Part shown: one piece after another, positions 18,478-25,519 of the stretch
Layout of the letters: every line of letters starts with the position of its first letter
How positions within the stretch are numbered: the first letter of the stretch is position 1
Assembly: GCA_964634005.1 (NCBI GenBank)
Contig: CAZWKQ010000005.1
Location: forward strand, 40,655 to 104,654
Reading direction: 5' to 3'
DNA: 64,000 nt
Source: an uncultured Bacteroides sp.
GTDB lineage: Bacteria > Bacteroidota > Bacteroidia > Bacteroidales > JACABE01
Position numbers and translations under genes: made by a program
The notes under the pieces: generated by a model
Databases searched by the model: none
Told to the model about the DNA's origin: nothing
Seen by the model: the letters and a program-made list of their open reading frames with translations, nothing else

Positions 18478-18524
18478 GTAGGAGTTATCAGCGAAAATTG
18501 CATTTTTGGCGAACTCCATCGCCA
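18478..18524 (-). promoter_or_regulatory. Fluoride riboswitch aptamer (crcB RNA motif).
   Basis: The minus-strand RNA is UGGCGAUGGAGUUCGCCAAAAAUGCAAUUUUCGCUGAUAACUCCUAC. It has a GGCG/CGCC helix, a pseudoknot between loop GGAGUU and 3' AACUCC, an A-rich joiner and a CCUAC tail. Caveat: the internal P3 helix is weak (2 bp plus a mismatch). Confidence 0.85.
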
Positions 18525-18535
18525 TTTTTTATAAA

Positions 18536-18901
18536 TTAATCATACCATTGTTTTTTCTTCCCTGTATGATGTAATATTATTTCAATTTCTTCTATTGTAA
18601 TCAGATAGCCACTTTTAACTTTCTCAAAGAATGGTTTGATATTTTCAACAAAACTTTTGATTTTTTCTTTTTCATCAATAATTTCAACGACAATAGGAAT
18701 TTTTTCGGTAAATTCCCAAAATGTTGCTGATTTTATTATTCCACTCGAACCGTATCCCATTATACCTTTTAAAACAGTGGCTCCCGATATTCCGTATCTT
18801 CTTGCTGCATGCACTATAGCATCAGATAATGGAGTATGTTTAAATTTATCGGTATTACTGATGTATATCCTCAACAAACAAACTTTAGAGTTTCTATCCA
18901 T
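18536..18901 (-). CDS. DUF190-family protein (PII-like small protein commonly linked to crcB).
   Basis: LLRIYISNTDKFKHTPLSDAIVHAARRYGISGATVLKGIMGYG resembles DUF190/UPF0166. It lies immediately downstream of crcB. Confidence 0.75.
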   Translation of the reverse strand: MDRNSKVCLLRIYISNTDKFKHTPLSDAIVHAARRYGISGATVLKGIMGYGSSGIIKSATFWEFTEKIPIVVEIIDEKEKIKSFVENIKPFFEKVKSGYLITIEEIEIILHHTGKKKQWYD

Positions 18902-18903
18902 GA

Positions 18904-19281
18904 TTAAATAATTTTAGTTAATAAAACTCCAAGATAAGTCGATAAAATTCCTAAAAAAACACTTAAAGTGGAATAAATTGTAAAAAAGAAAAAGTTACCA
19001 TCCTTTATTAAAGCAAGATTTTCGTTAGCAAAAGTAGAAAAAGTCGTAAACCCGCCACAAAACCCTACAGCCAAAAGCAGCTTGAGTTCTGCACTTAATA
19101 ATGTTCCTTTTTGGGAGATACCAAATATCAATCCGATTATAAAACAACCTACTATGTTAACTACAAATGTTGGATATGGAAATGTTGAAATTATTGACCC
19201 TTGTACATATTTTGAAAGTAAATATCTTGAAATTCCGCCAAAAAAACTACCAAATCCGACTATCAAAATATTCTTAATCAT
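18904..19281 (-). CDS. crcB: Fluoride ion channel CrcB/Fluc.
   Basis: 125 aa with 4 TM segments. Motifs GGISRYLL and GFCGGFTTFSTF are present. Confidence 0.9.
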   Translation of the reverse strand: MIKNILIVGFGSFFGGISRYLLSKYVQGSIISTFPYPTFVVNIVGCFIIGLIFGISQKGTLLSAELKLLLAVGFCGGFTTFSTFANENLALIKDGNFFFFTIYSTLSVFLGILSTYLGVLLTKII

Positions 19282-19305
19282 TTATATATAAGGTTATTCT
19301 ATTGA

Positions 19306-19313
19306 CAAATTTA
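19306..19313 (-). promoter_or_regulatory. -7 promoter box (TAnnTTTG) for crcB.
   Basis: The minus strand reads TAAATTTG 24 nt upstream of the crcB ATG. Confidence 0.4.
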
Positions 19314-19353
19314 GTATAAAATAACGTGAATTGGCAGTTTTAATTGTATTTTG

Positions 19354-19401
19354 ACCCAAATTTTTAATTAGGAACTAAGTGAACTAATTAAATTAATTGG
19401 G
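19354..19401. repeat. Copy A of a conserved 48-nt palindromic intergenic element.
   Basis: acccaaatttttAattaggaacTAagtgaactaatTaaattaattGgg matches 20843..20890 at 43/48 positions. Confidence 0.7.
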
Positions 19402-19417
19402 ATTAATGTAAAAAAAG

Positions 19418-19492
19418 TGGGCTGTACGGGACTCGAACCTGTGACTTCCACCCTGTCAAGGTGACACTCTAAACCAACTGAGTTAACAGCCC
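19418..19492 (-). tRNA. tRNA-Val (anticodon GAC).
   Basis: I folded it by hand as a cloverleaf. The acceptor stem is GGGCUGU/ACAGCCC, the D stem ACUC/GAGU, the anticodon loop UUGACAG and the T-loop UUCGAGU. There is one A-C mismatch in the T stem. CCA is not encoded, and a T-run follows. Confidence 0.85.
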
Positions 19493-19517
19493 AATTAAAA
19501 CACAAAATTAATAAAAA

Positions 19518-20792
19518 TTATTGAACATTTATCAAACTTTTAAAATCTGAACCACTTGGATTTTGAAAAATTTGCAAATCAAACATTGGAACTACCGCTA
19601 ATATATGATCAAAAATATCGGAAATAACATCTTCGTATTTTGCCCATTCAGTAACTTTGCTAAAAACATATATTTCAACAGGTAAACCTCTTTCGGTTGG
19701 AGGCAATTGTCGAACAAGTAAAGTATGCTCTTTTGAAATTTTATCATTATCGGCTAAATAATTCTGAATATATTTTCTGAAAACTCCGAGATTAGTTTGT
19801 CTTCTTCCATTTATCAACTGACTGTTGTCAATAATATGAGTTTTGTTATATTCTTCCAGTTCTTTTTGTTTTTCAATAATATACTCTTTTATCAATTGAA
19901 ATTTCTTAAATCTTTCCAGCATTTCGTCATTACAAAACTTAACACTGTTCATATTTAATATTAACGACCTTTTTATCCTTCTAACGCCTGATTCTTCCAT
20001 TCCCCTCCAATTCTGAAATGCATCGGAAATTAAAGAATAAGTAGGAACTGTTGTTATCGTTTTATCGAAATTTTCAATTTTTACTGTTGTAAGATTTATA
20101 TCCTTTACGGTACCGTCGGCACCAAACTTATTAACAGTAATCCAATCGCCGGGACGAAGCATATCATTGCTCGAAAGCTGAATACTGGCTACAAACCCTA
20201 ATAATGTATCCTTGAAAACCAACATTAATACTGCCGATAATGCACCTAAACCACCAAGCAAGTATAATGGTGATTGCCCTACAAGTATTGATATTATTAT
20301 AATTGCAGCTATGAGGTAAATTATTATTTTTACAATTTGGATATAACCCTTAATTGGTTTATATTTTGATATTTCAAAATCGTTGTATATTTCAATTATT
20401 GCGTTGAAAAAAGCATCAATTACAACAACTACAATAATTACCATATAAATCTTTAATGCCCCTTGAATGAGATTTACCCAAAATTCGTATTTAACATTTG
20501 TCAAAATTTCGGGCATTAATGAATGAATAAGCATTGCTGGAGCTAAATATGCCAATCTGTGAAATACTCTCTTTTCGACTAAAATATCATCCCATGTAGT
20601 TTCAGTGCGTTTTGATATCTCTTTTAGAACTTTAACTATCAGTTTTCGGGCTATTATGAAAACTATATAACTTAAAATAAAAATCCCAACAACGACAATT
20701 ATGCTTTTTACAAAAAAAGCATAATCCTCTGAAACTCCCATCTTTATAAGCCACGATATTATTTTTGTTCCAAAAGTCTCTTCAATTTTCAT
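19518..20792 (-). CDS. Mechanosensitive ion channel family protein (MscS-like).
   Basis: TM helices are followed by LRPGDWITVNKFGADGTVKDINLTTVKIENFDKTITTVP, an MscS beta-domain signature. Confidence 0.85.
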   Translation of the reverse strand: MKIEETFGTKIISWLIKMGVSEDYAFFVKSIIVVVGIFILSYIVFIIARKLIVKVLKEISKRTETTWDDILVEKRVFHRLAYLAPAMLIHSLMPEILTNVKYEFWVNLIQGALKIYMVIIVVVVIDAFFNAIIEIYNDFEISKYKPIKGYIQIVKIIIYLIAAIIIISILVGQSPLYLLGGLGALSAVLMLVFKDTLLGFVASIQLSSNDMLRPGDWITVNKFGADGTVKDINLTTVKIENFDKTITTVPTYSLISDAFQNWRGMEESGVRRIKRSLILNMNSVKFCNDEMLERFKKFQLIKEYIIEKQKELEEYNKTHIIDNSQLINGRRQTNLGVFRKYIQNYLADNDKISKEHTLLVRQLPPTERGLPVEIYVFSKVTEWAKYEDVISDIFDHILAVVPMFDLQIFQNPSGSDFKSLINVQ

Positions 20793-20808
20793 ATTAATAA
20801 TTTTATCA

Positions 20809-20816
20809 AAATTCGT
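20809..20816 (-). promoter_or_regulatory. -7 promoter box (TAnnTTTG) for the MscS-like gene.
   Basis: The minus strand reads TAGTTTTG 16 nt upstream of the ATG at 20792. Confidence 0.4.
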
Positions 20817-20842
20817 TGCAAAACTATAAAAAAACTAATTTA

Positions 20843-20923
20843 ACCCAAATTTTTCATTAGGAACGCAGTGAACTAATGAAATTAATTAGGACAACCCCGA
20901 TTTAGAAAATTTTGGGTTTAAAT
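20843..20923. repeat. Copy B of the palindromic intergenic element (core 20843..20890) plus the right arm (20905..20923) of the outer inverted repeat that begins at 20838.
   Basis: The core is acccaaatttttCattaggaacGCagtgaactaatGaaattaattAgg. The outer arms are atttaacccaaatttttc (20838-20855) and gaaaattttgggtttaaat (20905-20923). Confidence 0.7.
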
Positions 20924-20956
20924 AAAAAAAGGCTGCCTTTTTGGTTGACAGCCTTT
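20921..20956 (-). terminator. Rho-independent terminator after rplS.
   Basis: The minus strand reads aaaggctg-(13 nt)-cagccttt followed by a T-run. Confidence 0.65.
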
Positions 20957-20978
20957 TGTAAAATATGAAAAACAAAAA

Positions 20979-21332
20979 CTACATTTTCTTTTCTTTAATT
21001 CTTGCTTTTTTACCTCTTAATTGACGTAAATAGAAAATACGTGCTCTTCTGACAACACCTTTTTTATTTACTTCAATAGAATCAATAAAAGGTGAAGAAA
21101 ATGGAAATATTCTTTCAACGCCGGTATTACCGGAAATTTTTCTTACGGTAAAAGTTTGTGTAGAACCGCTTCCGCTTATTTGCAGTACAACACCCTGAAA
21201 TTGCTGGATACGTTCTTTATTTCCTTCTTTTATTTTATAAGATACAGTAATTGTATCACCAGCTTGGAATTTTGGAAACTCTTTTCTTTCTACCAAGCTA
21301 TCTACATATTGCATTAATTCCGATTTGCTCAT
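20979..21332 (-). CDS. rplS: 50S ribosomal protein L19.
   Basis: [29 protein letters not shown]...RRARIFYLR. Confidence 0.95.
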   Translation of the reverse strand: MSKSELMQYVDSLVERKEFPKFQAGDTITVSYKIKEGNKERIQQFQGVVLQISGSGSTQTFTVRKISGNTGVERIFPFSSPFIDSIEVNKKGVVRRARIFYLRQLRGKKARIKEKKM

Positions 21333-21427
21333 GACTTTATTTTTTTATGTTTTTTAGGAATTAAATTTTATTGAATTAATTCCAATTAAAAATATTTTAA
21401 ATTATCGAAGAGGCAACAATTGCCATT

Positions 21428-21775
21428 TTAATTTTTTACTAATTCTACAATAGCTTTGAATGCTTCGGGATGATTCATTGCTAAATCAGCTAACACTTTA
21501 CGATTAAGCGAAATATTCTTTTTATGAACTGCACCCATAAATACCGAATACGACATTCCGTATGGTCTTACTCCGGCATTAATACGTGTTATCCATAAAT
21601 TTCTGAAATTACGCTTTTTATTTCTTCGATCTCTGTAAGCGTACTGCAAACCCTTTTCTAAAGAATTTTTTGCAACTGTCCAGACATTTTTTCTGCGTCC
21701 AAATTGACCTTTGGTCAACTTTAACATTTTTTTCCTTCTTGCCCTTGAGGCAACTGAATTTACTGATCTTGGCAT
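21428..21775 (-). CDS. rplT: 50S ribosomal protein L20.
   Basis: [30 protein letters not shown]...[12 protein letters not shown]. Confidence 0.95.
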   Translation of the reverse strand: MPRSVNSVASRARRKKMLKLTKGQFGRRKNVWTVAKNSLEKGLQYAYRDRRNKKRNFRNLWITRINAGVRPYGMSYSVFMGAVHKKNISLNRKVLADLAMNHPEAFKAIVELVKN

Positions 21776-21864
21776 AGTTTTTTAATTTTTTTGTTTAAGC
21801 GTTCCGTCTTAAAGGACTCTTTTTTGCATTAAACAAGGTTAATACTAATTTTTAAATTACACAA

Positions 21865-22059
21865 TTAATTTGAAAGCATTTCTTTTACGCGTTTTTCGTC
21901 TGCTTTATCGACTAATGTAGCATAAGTTAAATTACGTTTACGTTTAGTTGATTTTTTAGTCAAAATATGACTTTTATAAGCATGCTTTCTTTTAATTTTT
22001 CCACTGCCTGTTACAGTGAATCTTTTTTTTGCACTTGATTTGCTTTTTGTTTTTGGCAT
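21865..22059 (-). CDS. rpmI: 50S ribosomal protein L35.
   Basis: [36 protein letters not shown]. Confidence 0.95.
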   Translation of the reverse strand: MPKTKSKSSAKKRFTVTGSGKIKRKHAYKSHILTKKSTKRKRNLTYATLVDKADEKRVKEMLSN

Positions 22060-22095
22060 CTTTATAATATTTATATTATTTACAATTAGTTAATT

Positions 22096-22662
22096 TTATT
22101 TTTTTGGAGCAATAATCATCATCATTCTTTTTCCTTCCAATTTCGGCATCATTTCGGGTTTACCATATTCTAAAAGAGCTTCTGCAAACTTCAATAAAAT
22201 TATTTCGCCTTGTTCTTTATAAACTATTGTTCTACCTTTAAAAAAAACATCAACTTTTACCTTAGCCCCGTCTTGCAGAAATTTTTTTGCATGGTTTAGT
22301 TTAAAATTAAAATCATGTTCATCAGTTTGAGGCCCTAGCCTTATTTCTTTAACAACAACTTTCGCCGATTTTGCTTTTATTTCTTTTTGTTTGCGTTTTT
22401 GCTCATAAAGAAATTTTTTATAATCGATTATTTTACAAACAGGCGGATTGGCATTAGGAGAAATTTCTACTAAATCCAACTCTTGTTCATTAGCCATTTT
22501 AAGAGCATCTTTCAAACTATATATACCTTGTTCAACATTATCGCCAACAACTCTGACAACGGGTGAAGTAATATAGTTATTAATTTTGTGTTGGTCCTCG
22601 TTTTTCTTTTCGAACTGGTTTTGCCCTTTATTACGATTAAAAACTGGTGTAGCTATAATTAT
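22096..22662 (-). CDS. infC: Translation initiation factor IF-3, with a probable non-AUG (ATA/ATT) start.
   Basis: The IF-3 N-domain ([56 protein letters not shown]) continues in frame upstream of the ORF-track start. The only start-like codons after the in-frame stop at 22677-22675 are ATA (22662), ATT (22659) and ATA (22656), just after GGAGGA. Confidence 0.85.
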   Translation of the reverse strand: MIIATPVFNRNKGQNQFEKKNEDQHKINNYITSPVVRVVGDNVEQGIYSLKDALKMANEQELDLVEISPNANPPVCKIIDYKKFLYEQKRKQKEIKAKSAKVVVKEIRLGPQTDEHDFNFKLNHAKKFLQDGAKVKVDVFFKGRTIVYKEQGEIILLKFAEALLEYGKPEMMPKLEGKRMMMIIAPKK

Positions 22663-22694
22663 GTTCCTCCAATATTAGTTAATAATTTATTTTA

Positions 22695-24629
22695 TTATCC
22701 GATTAAATTTGAAATTTCTTTTAATACTTCTTTTGCAAAGTCATCAATTGACAAATTGCCAATATCACCTACTCCCTGCTTTCTGACTGAAACCGTTCCC
22801 TGATTTTCTTCCTTTTCACCCACTATAAGCATATACGGAATACGTTGTAACTCAGCATCTCTGATCTTCTTCCCTGTTTTTTCGTTTCTTTCGTCAATTG
22901 AGCCGCGAAGTTCGTAATTTTTTAGCAAATACAAAACTTTTTTTGCATAATCTGAATATTTCTCACTGATAGGCAATATAATAAACTGTTCAGGAGTTAG
23001 CCACAAAGGAAATTTACCGGCAGTATGCTCAATAAGAACTGCAATAAATCTTTCCATTGAACCGAAAGGCGCCCTGTGAATCATCACAGGTCTATGCTTT
23101 TGATTATCACTACCAACGTATTCCAAATCGAATCTTTCAGGTAAATTATAATCCACTTGAATAGTTCCTAACTGCCATTTACGACCTAAAGCATCCCTAA
23201 CCATAAAATCGAGTTTAGGTCCATAAAAAGCAGCTTCGCCGTATTCAATTATAGTATTCAAGCCTTTTTCCCGGGCAGCTTCTATAATTGCATTTTCGGC
23301 TTTTTCCCAATTTTCATCAGTACCTATATACTTATCGGGATTATTTTTATCTCTTAAAGATATTTGAGTAATAAAATCTTTGAAATCAAGAGTTTTAAAA
23401 ATATATAATACAATGTCAATTACGGCAATAAATTCGTCTTTCAATTGGTCGGGGCGACAGAAAATATGAGCATCATCCTGAGTAAAACTTCTAACACGTG
23501 TTAAGCCGTGCAATTCGCCACTCTGTTCATATCTATAAACTGTTCCGAATTCAGCGAGTCTAATTGGTAAGTCTTTGTAAGATCGAGGTTTTGTTTTATA
23601 TATTTCGCAATGATGGGGACAATTCATAGGTTTTAAGAAAAAGGACTCTCCTTCTATTGGAGTTGAAATGGGTTGAAACGAATCTTTTCCGTATTTGGAA
23701 AAATGCCCCGATGTTTTATATAAATCAACATTACCAATATGAGGTGTAATAACCTGCTCATAACCACCTTGTTTCTGAATTTTCTTCAAAAAGTTTTCAA
23801 GACGTTCGCGTAAAGCAGCACCTTTAGGAAGCCAAATTGGTAATCCCTGACCTACTTTCTGAGAAAATGTAAACAATTCTAATTCTTTGCCTAACTTTCT
23901 GTGATCGCGTTTTTTTGCTTCTTCAAGTATGGTTAAATAATCAGTAAGTTCTTTTTGTTTTGGGAATGTAATACCATAAATTCTGGTAAGTTGCTTACGT
24001 TTTTCATCGCCTCTCCAATAAGCACCTGCGGTATTAAGTAATTTTACAGCTTTGATAAAACTTGTATCAGGAATATGCGGACCTCGACATAAATCGACAA
24101 AATTTCCTGTCTGATAGAAAGTAATCTGACCATCATTCAGTTCACTGATAAGTTCTAATTTATATTCATCACCCTTAGCTTTAAAAAATTCTTCAGCTTC
24201 TTTCTTGCTAACTTCTTTTCTGATAAATTTTTGATTTCCTTTGGCAAGTTCAAGCATTTTTTCTTCAATCTTCGGGAAATCGTCGGAAGAAATGCTGTAA
24301 TCCATAAAATCAATATCGTAGTAAAAGCCATTTTCAATATCAGGTCCAATACCAAATTTTACACCCGGATACAAGATTTCAATAGCCTCAGCCATTAAAT
24401 GCGCTGAAGAGTGCCACATTGCAGCCTTACCCTCAGTATCATTCCATGTATATAATTTTATGTTGGCATCATTATATATTGGTCGAGTTGCATCCCATAT
24501 TTCATCATTAACCTTAACAGCCAAAACGTTACGAGCTAACCCTTCGCTTATACTTTTTGCGATTTCAAGAGCAGTAACCCCTTTCTCATATTGCCTTACA
24601 GAATTATCAGGTAATGTTATATTTATCAT
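22695..24629 (-). CDS. thrS: Threonine--tRNA ligase.
   Basis: 644 aa. It has a TGS N-domain, HSSAHLMA (editing-domain zinc motif), class II core motifs ([16 protein letters not shown]) and an anticodon-binding C-terminus. Confidence 0.95.
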   Translation of the reverse strand: MINITLPDNSVRQYEKGVTALEIAKSISEGLARNVLAVKVNDEIWDATRPIYNDANIKLYTWNDTEGKAAMWHSSAHLMAEAIEILYPGVKFGIGPDIENGFYYDIDFMDYSISSDDFPKIEEKMLELAKGNQKFIRKEVSKKEAEEFFKAKGDEYKLELISELNDGQITFYQTGNFVDLCRGPHIPDTSFIKAVKLLNTAGAYWRGDEKRKQLTRIYGITFPKQKELTDYLTILEEAKKRDHRKLGKELELFTFSQKVGQGLPIWLPKGAALRERLENFLKKIQKQGGYEQVITPHIGNVDLYKTSGHFSKYGKDSFQPISTPIEGESFFLKPMNCPHHCEIYKTKPRSYKDLPIRLAEFGTVYRYEQSGELHGLTRVRSFTQDDAHIFCRPDQLKDEFIAVIDIVLYIFKTLDFKDFITQISLRDKNNPDKYIGTDENWEKAENAIIEAAREKGLNTIIEYGEAAFYGPKLDFMVRDALGRKWQLGTIQVDYNLPERFDLEYVGSDNQKHRPVMIHRAPFGSMERFIAVLIEHTAGKFPLWLTPEQFIILPISEKYSDYAKKVLYLLKNYELRGSIDERNEKTGKKIRDAELQRIPYMLIVGEKEENQGTVSVRKQGVGDIGNLSIDDFAKEVLKEISNLIG

Positions 24630-24782
24630 ATATTTGTGAAATACAATAATTTATATTTTTTTTCTTATAGTTATAAAAAGTCTGCAAATTTAAACAATAT
24701 TTAAATTATAATAACATCTTATTTTAATCTTTTTTATTTTTGATAACATAAGTTTAATTTTGCTGAATATAATAATAAAAAA

Positions 24783-25463
24783 ATGAACTATATTTTTGGT
24801 ATTAAAACCATAGAAAATGATGAGTTTTCTAATAATTTAGAGGCTTTATTCGATTTAATTCCTGAATGCGAAAGGGCTAAATATTTAATTATAAAAAATA
24901 CTGAAACTCTTCAACGTTCATTATTAGGTGAGGTCCTGACAAGATATATACTACAAAAATATTATAATATTGAATTAAAAAATACCGAACTTAAAAGAAA
25001 TCAATGGGGTAAACCTTATTTTGATGAAATTTCGGTACATTTTAATATCTCTCACTCTGGGAAATGGGTTTTAGTTTGTTTTTCTGATAAACCTATTGGT
25101 ATAGATATTGAAAAAATAAGAGATTTAAAATATAATGTAGCTAATAAATATTTTTCAGAAGAAGAATTATTTTTGCTTGAAAATGAAGAAGATATAAATA
25201 TTAAAAGAGAATTATTTTATAAAATTTGGACTTCAAAAGAAGCATACGTAAAAATGCTTGGCAAAGGAATTACATATTCTTTCCAAAAATTCAGTGTAAA
25301 AATATTTAACAATCAAGGAGAAATAAAAGACAAATCAATAAAAGAAAAGGCTTTTATAAAATATTACCATATAGAAGCATGCTATATCATTGCATGTTGT
25401 TCTATTTCAAATACATTTGTTAATTCCCCTAAAATAATTACTTTAAAAGAATTAATAAAATGA
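24783..25463 (+). CDS. 4'-phosphopantetheinyl transferase (Sfp type).
   Basis: GKPYFDE..VHFNISHSGKWVLV, GIDIEKI and WTSKEAYVKMLGKG motifs are present. Confidence 0.8.
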   Translation: MNYIFGIKTIENDEFSNNLEALFDLIPECERAKYLIIKNTETLQRSLLGEVLTRYILQKYYNIELKNTELKRNQWGKPYFDEISVHFNISHSGKWVLVCFSDKPIGIDIEKIRDLKYNVANKYFSEEELFLLENEEDINIKRELFYKIWTSKEAYVKMLGKGITYSFQKFSVKIFNNQGEIKDKSIKEKAFIKYYHIEACYIIACCSISNTFVNSPKIITLKELIK

Positions 25464-25494
25464 GGCTGCCCTATTTTTAAGACAGCCTCATTTA
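25461..25494. terminator. Bidirectional hairpin terminator between convergent genes.
   Basis: tgaggctg (25461-25468) pairs with cagcctca (25483-25490). T-rich runs flank it on both strands. It overlaps the PPTase TGA stop. Confidence 0.6.
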
Positions 25495-25519
25495 TAAAAT
25501 CATTTTATTAAATAGAGAT

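Noticed and set aside
19282-19417. I expected a fluoride riboswitch directly upstream of crcB.
   Set aside because: The minus-strand leader contains no GGCGAUG...CUGAU...CCUAC-like sequence. It holds only a TAAATTTG promoter box and the palindromic repeat element. The aptamer is instead at 18478..18524, downstream of DUF190.
21333-21427. A possible ribosomal-protein leader or a Bacteroidales-1-like RNA between rplT and rplS. Hairpins are ggcaa-ttg-ttgcc and ggaattaa-(11 nt)-ttaattcc.
   Set aside because: The spacer is only 95 nt, much shorter than the roughly 200-nt motif I recall. The hairpins are short and AT-rich. I cannot match any known leader from memory, so I treat it as ordinary intergenic structure.
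22588-22803. A 71-aa + strand ORF spanning the thrS-infC junction.
   Set aside because: It overlaps the conserved N-terminal coding region of infC and the thrS 3' end on the opposite strand, and it has no recognisable features.
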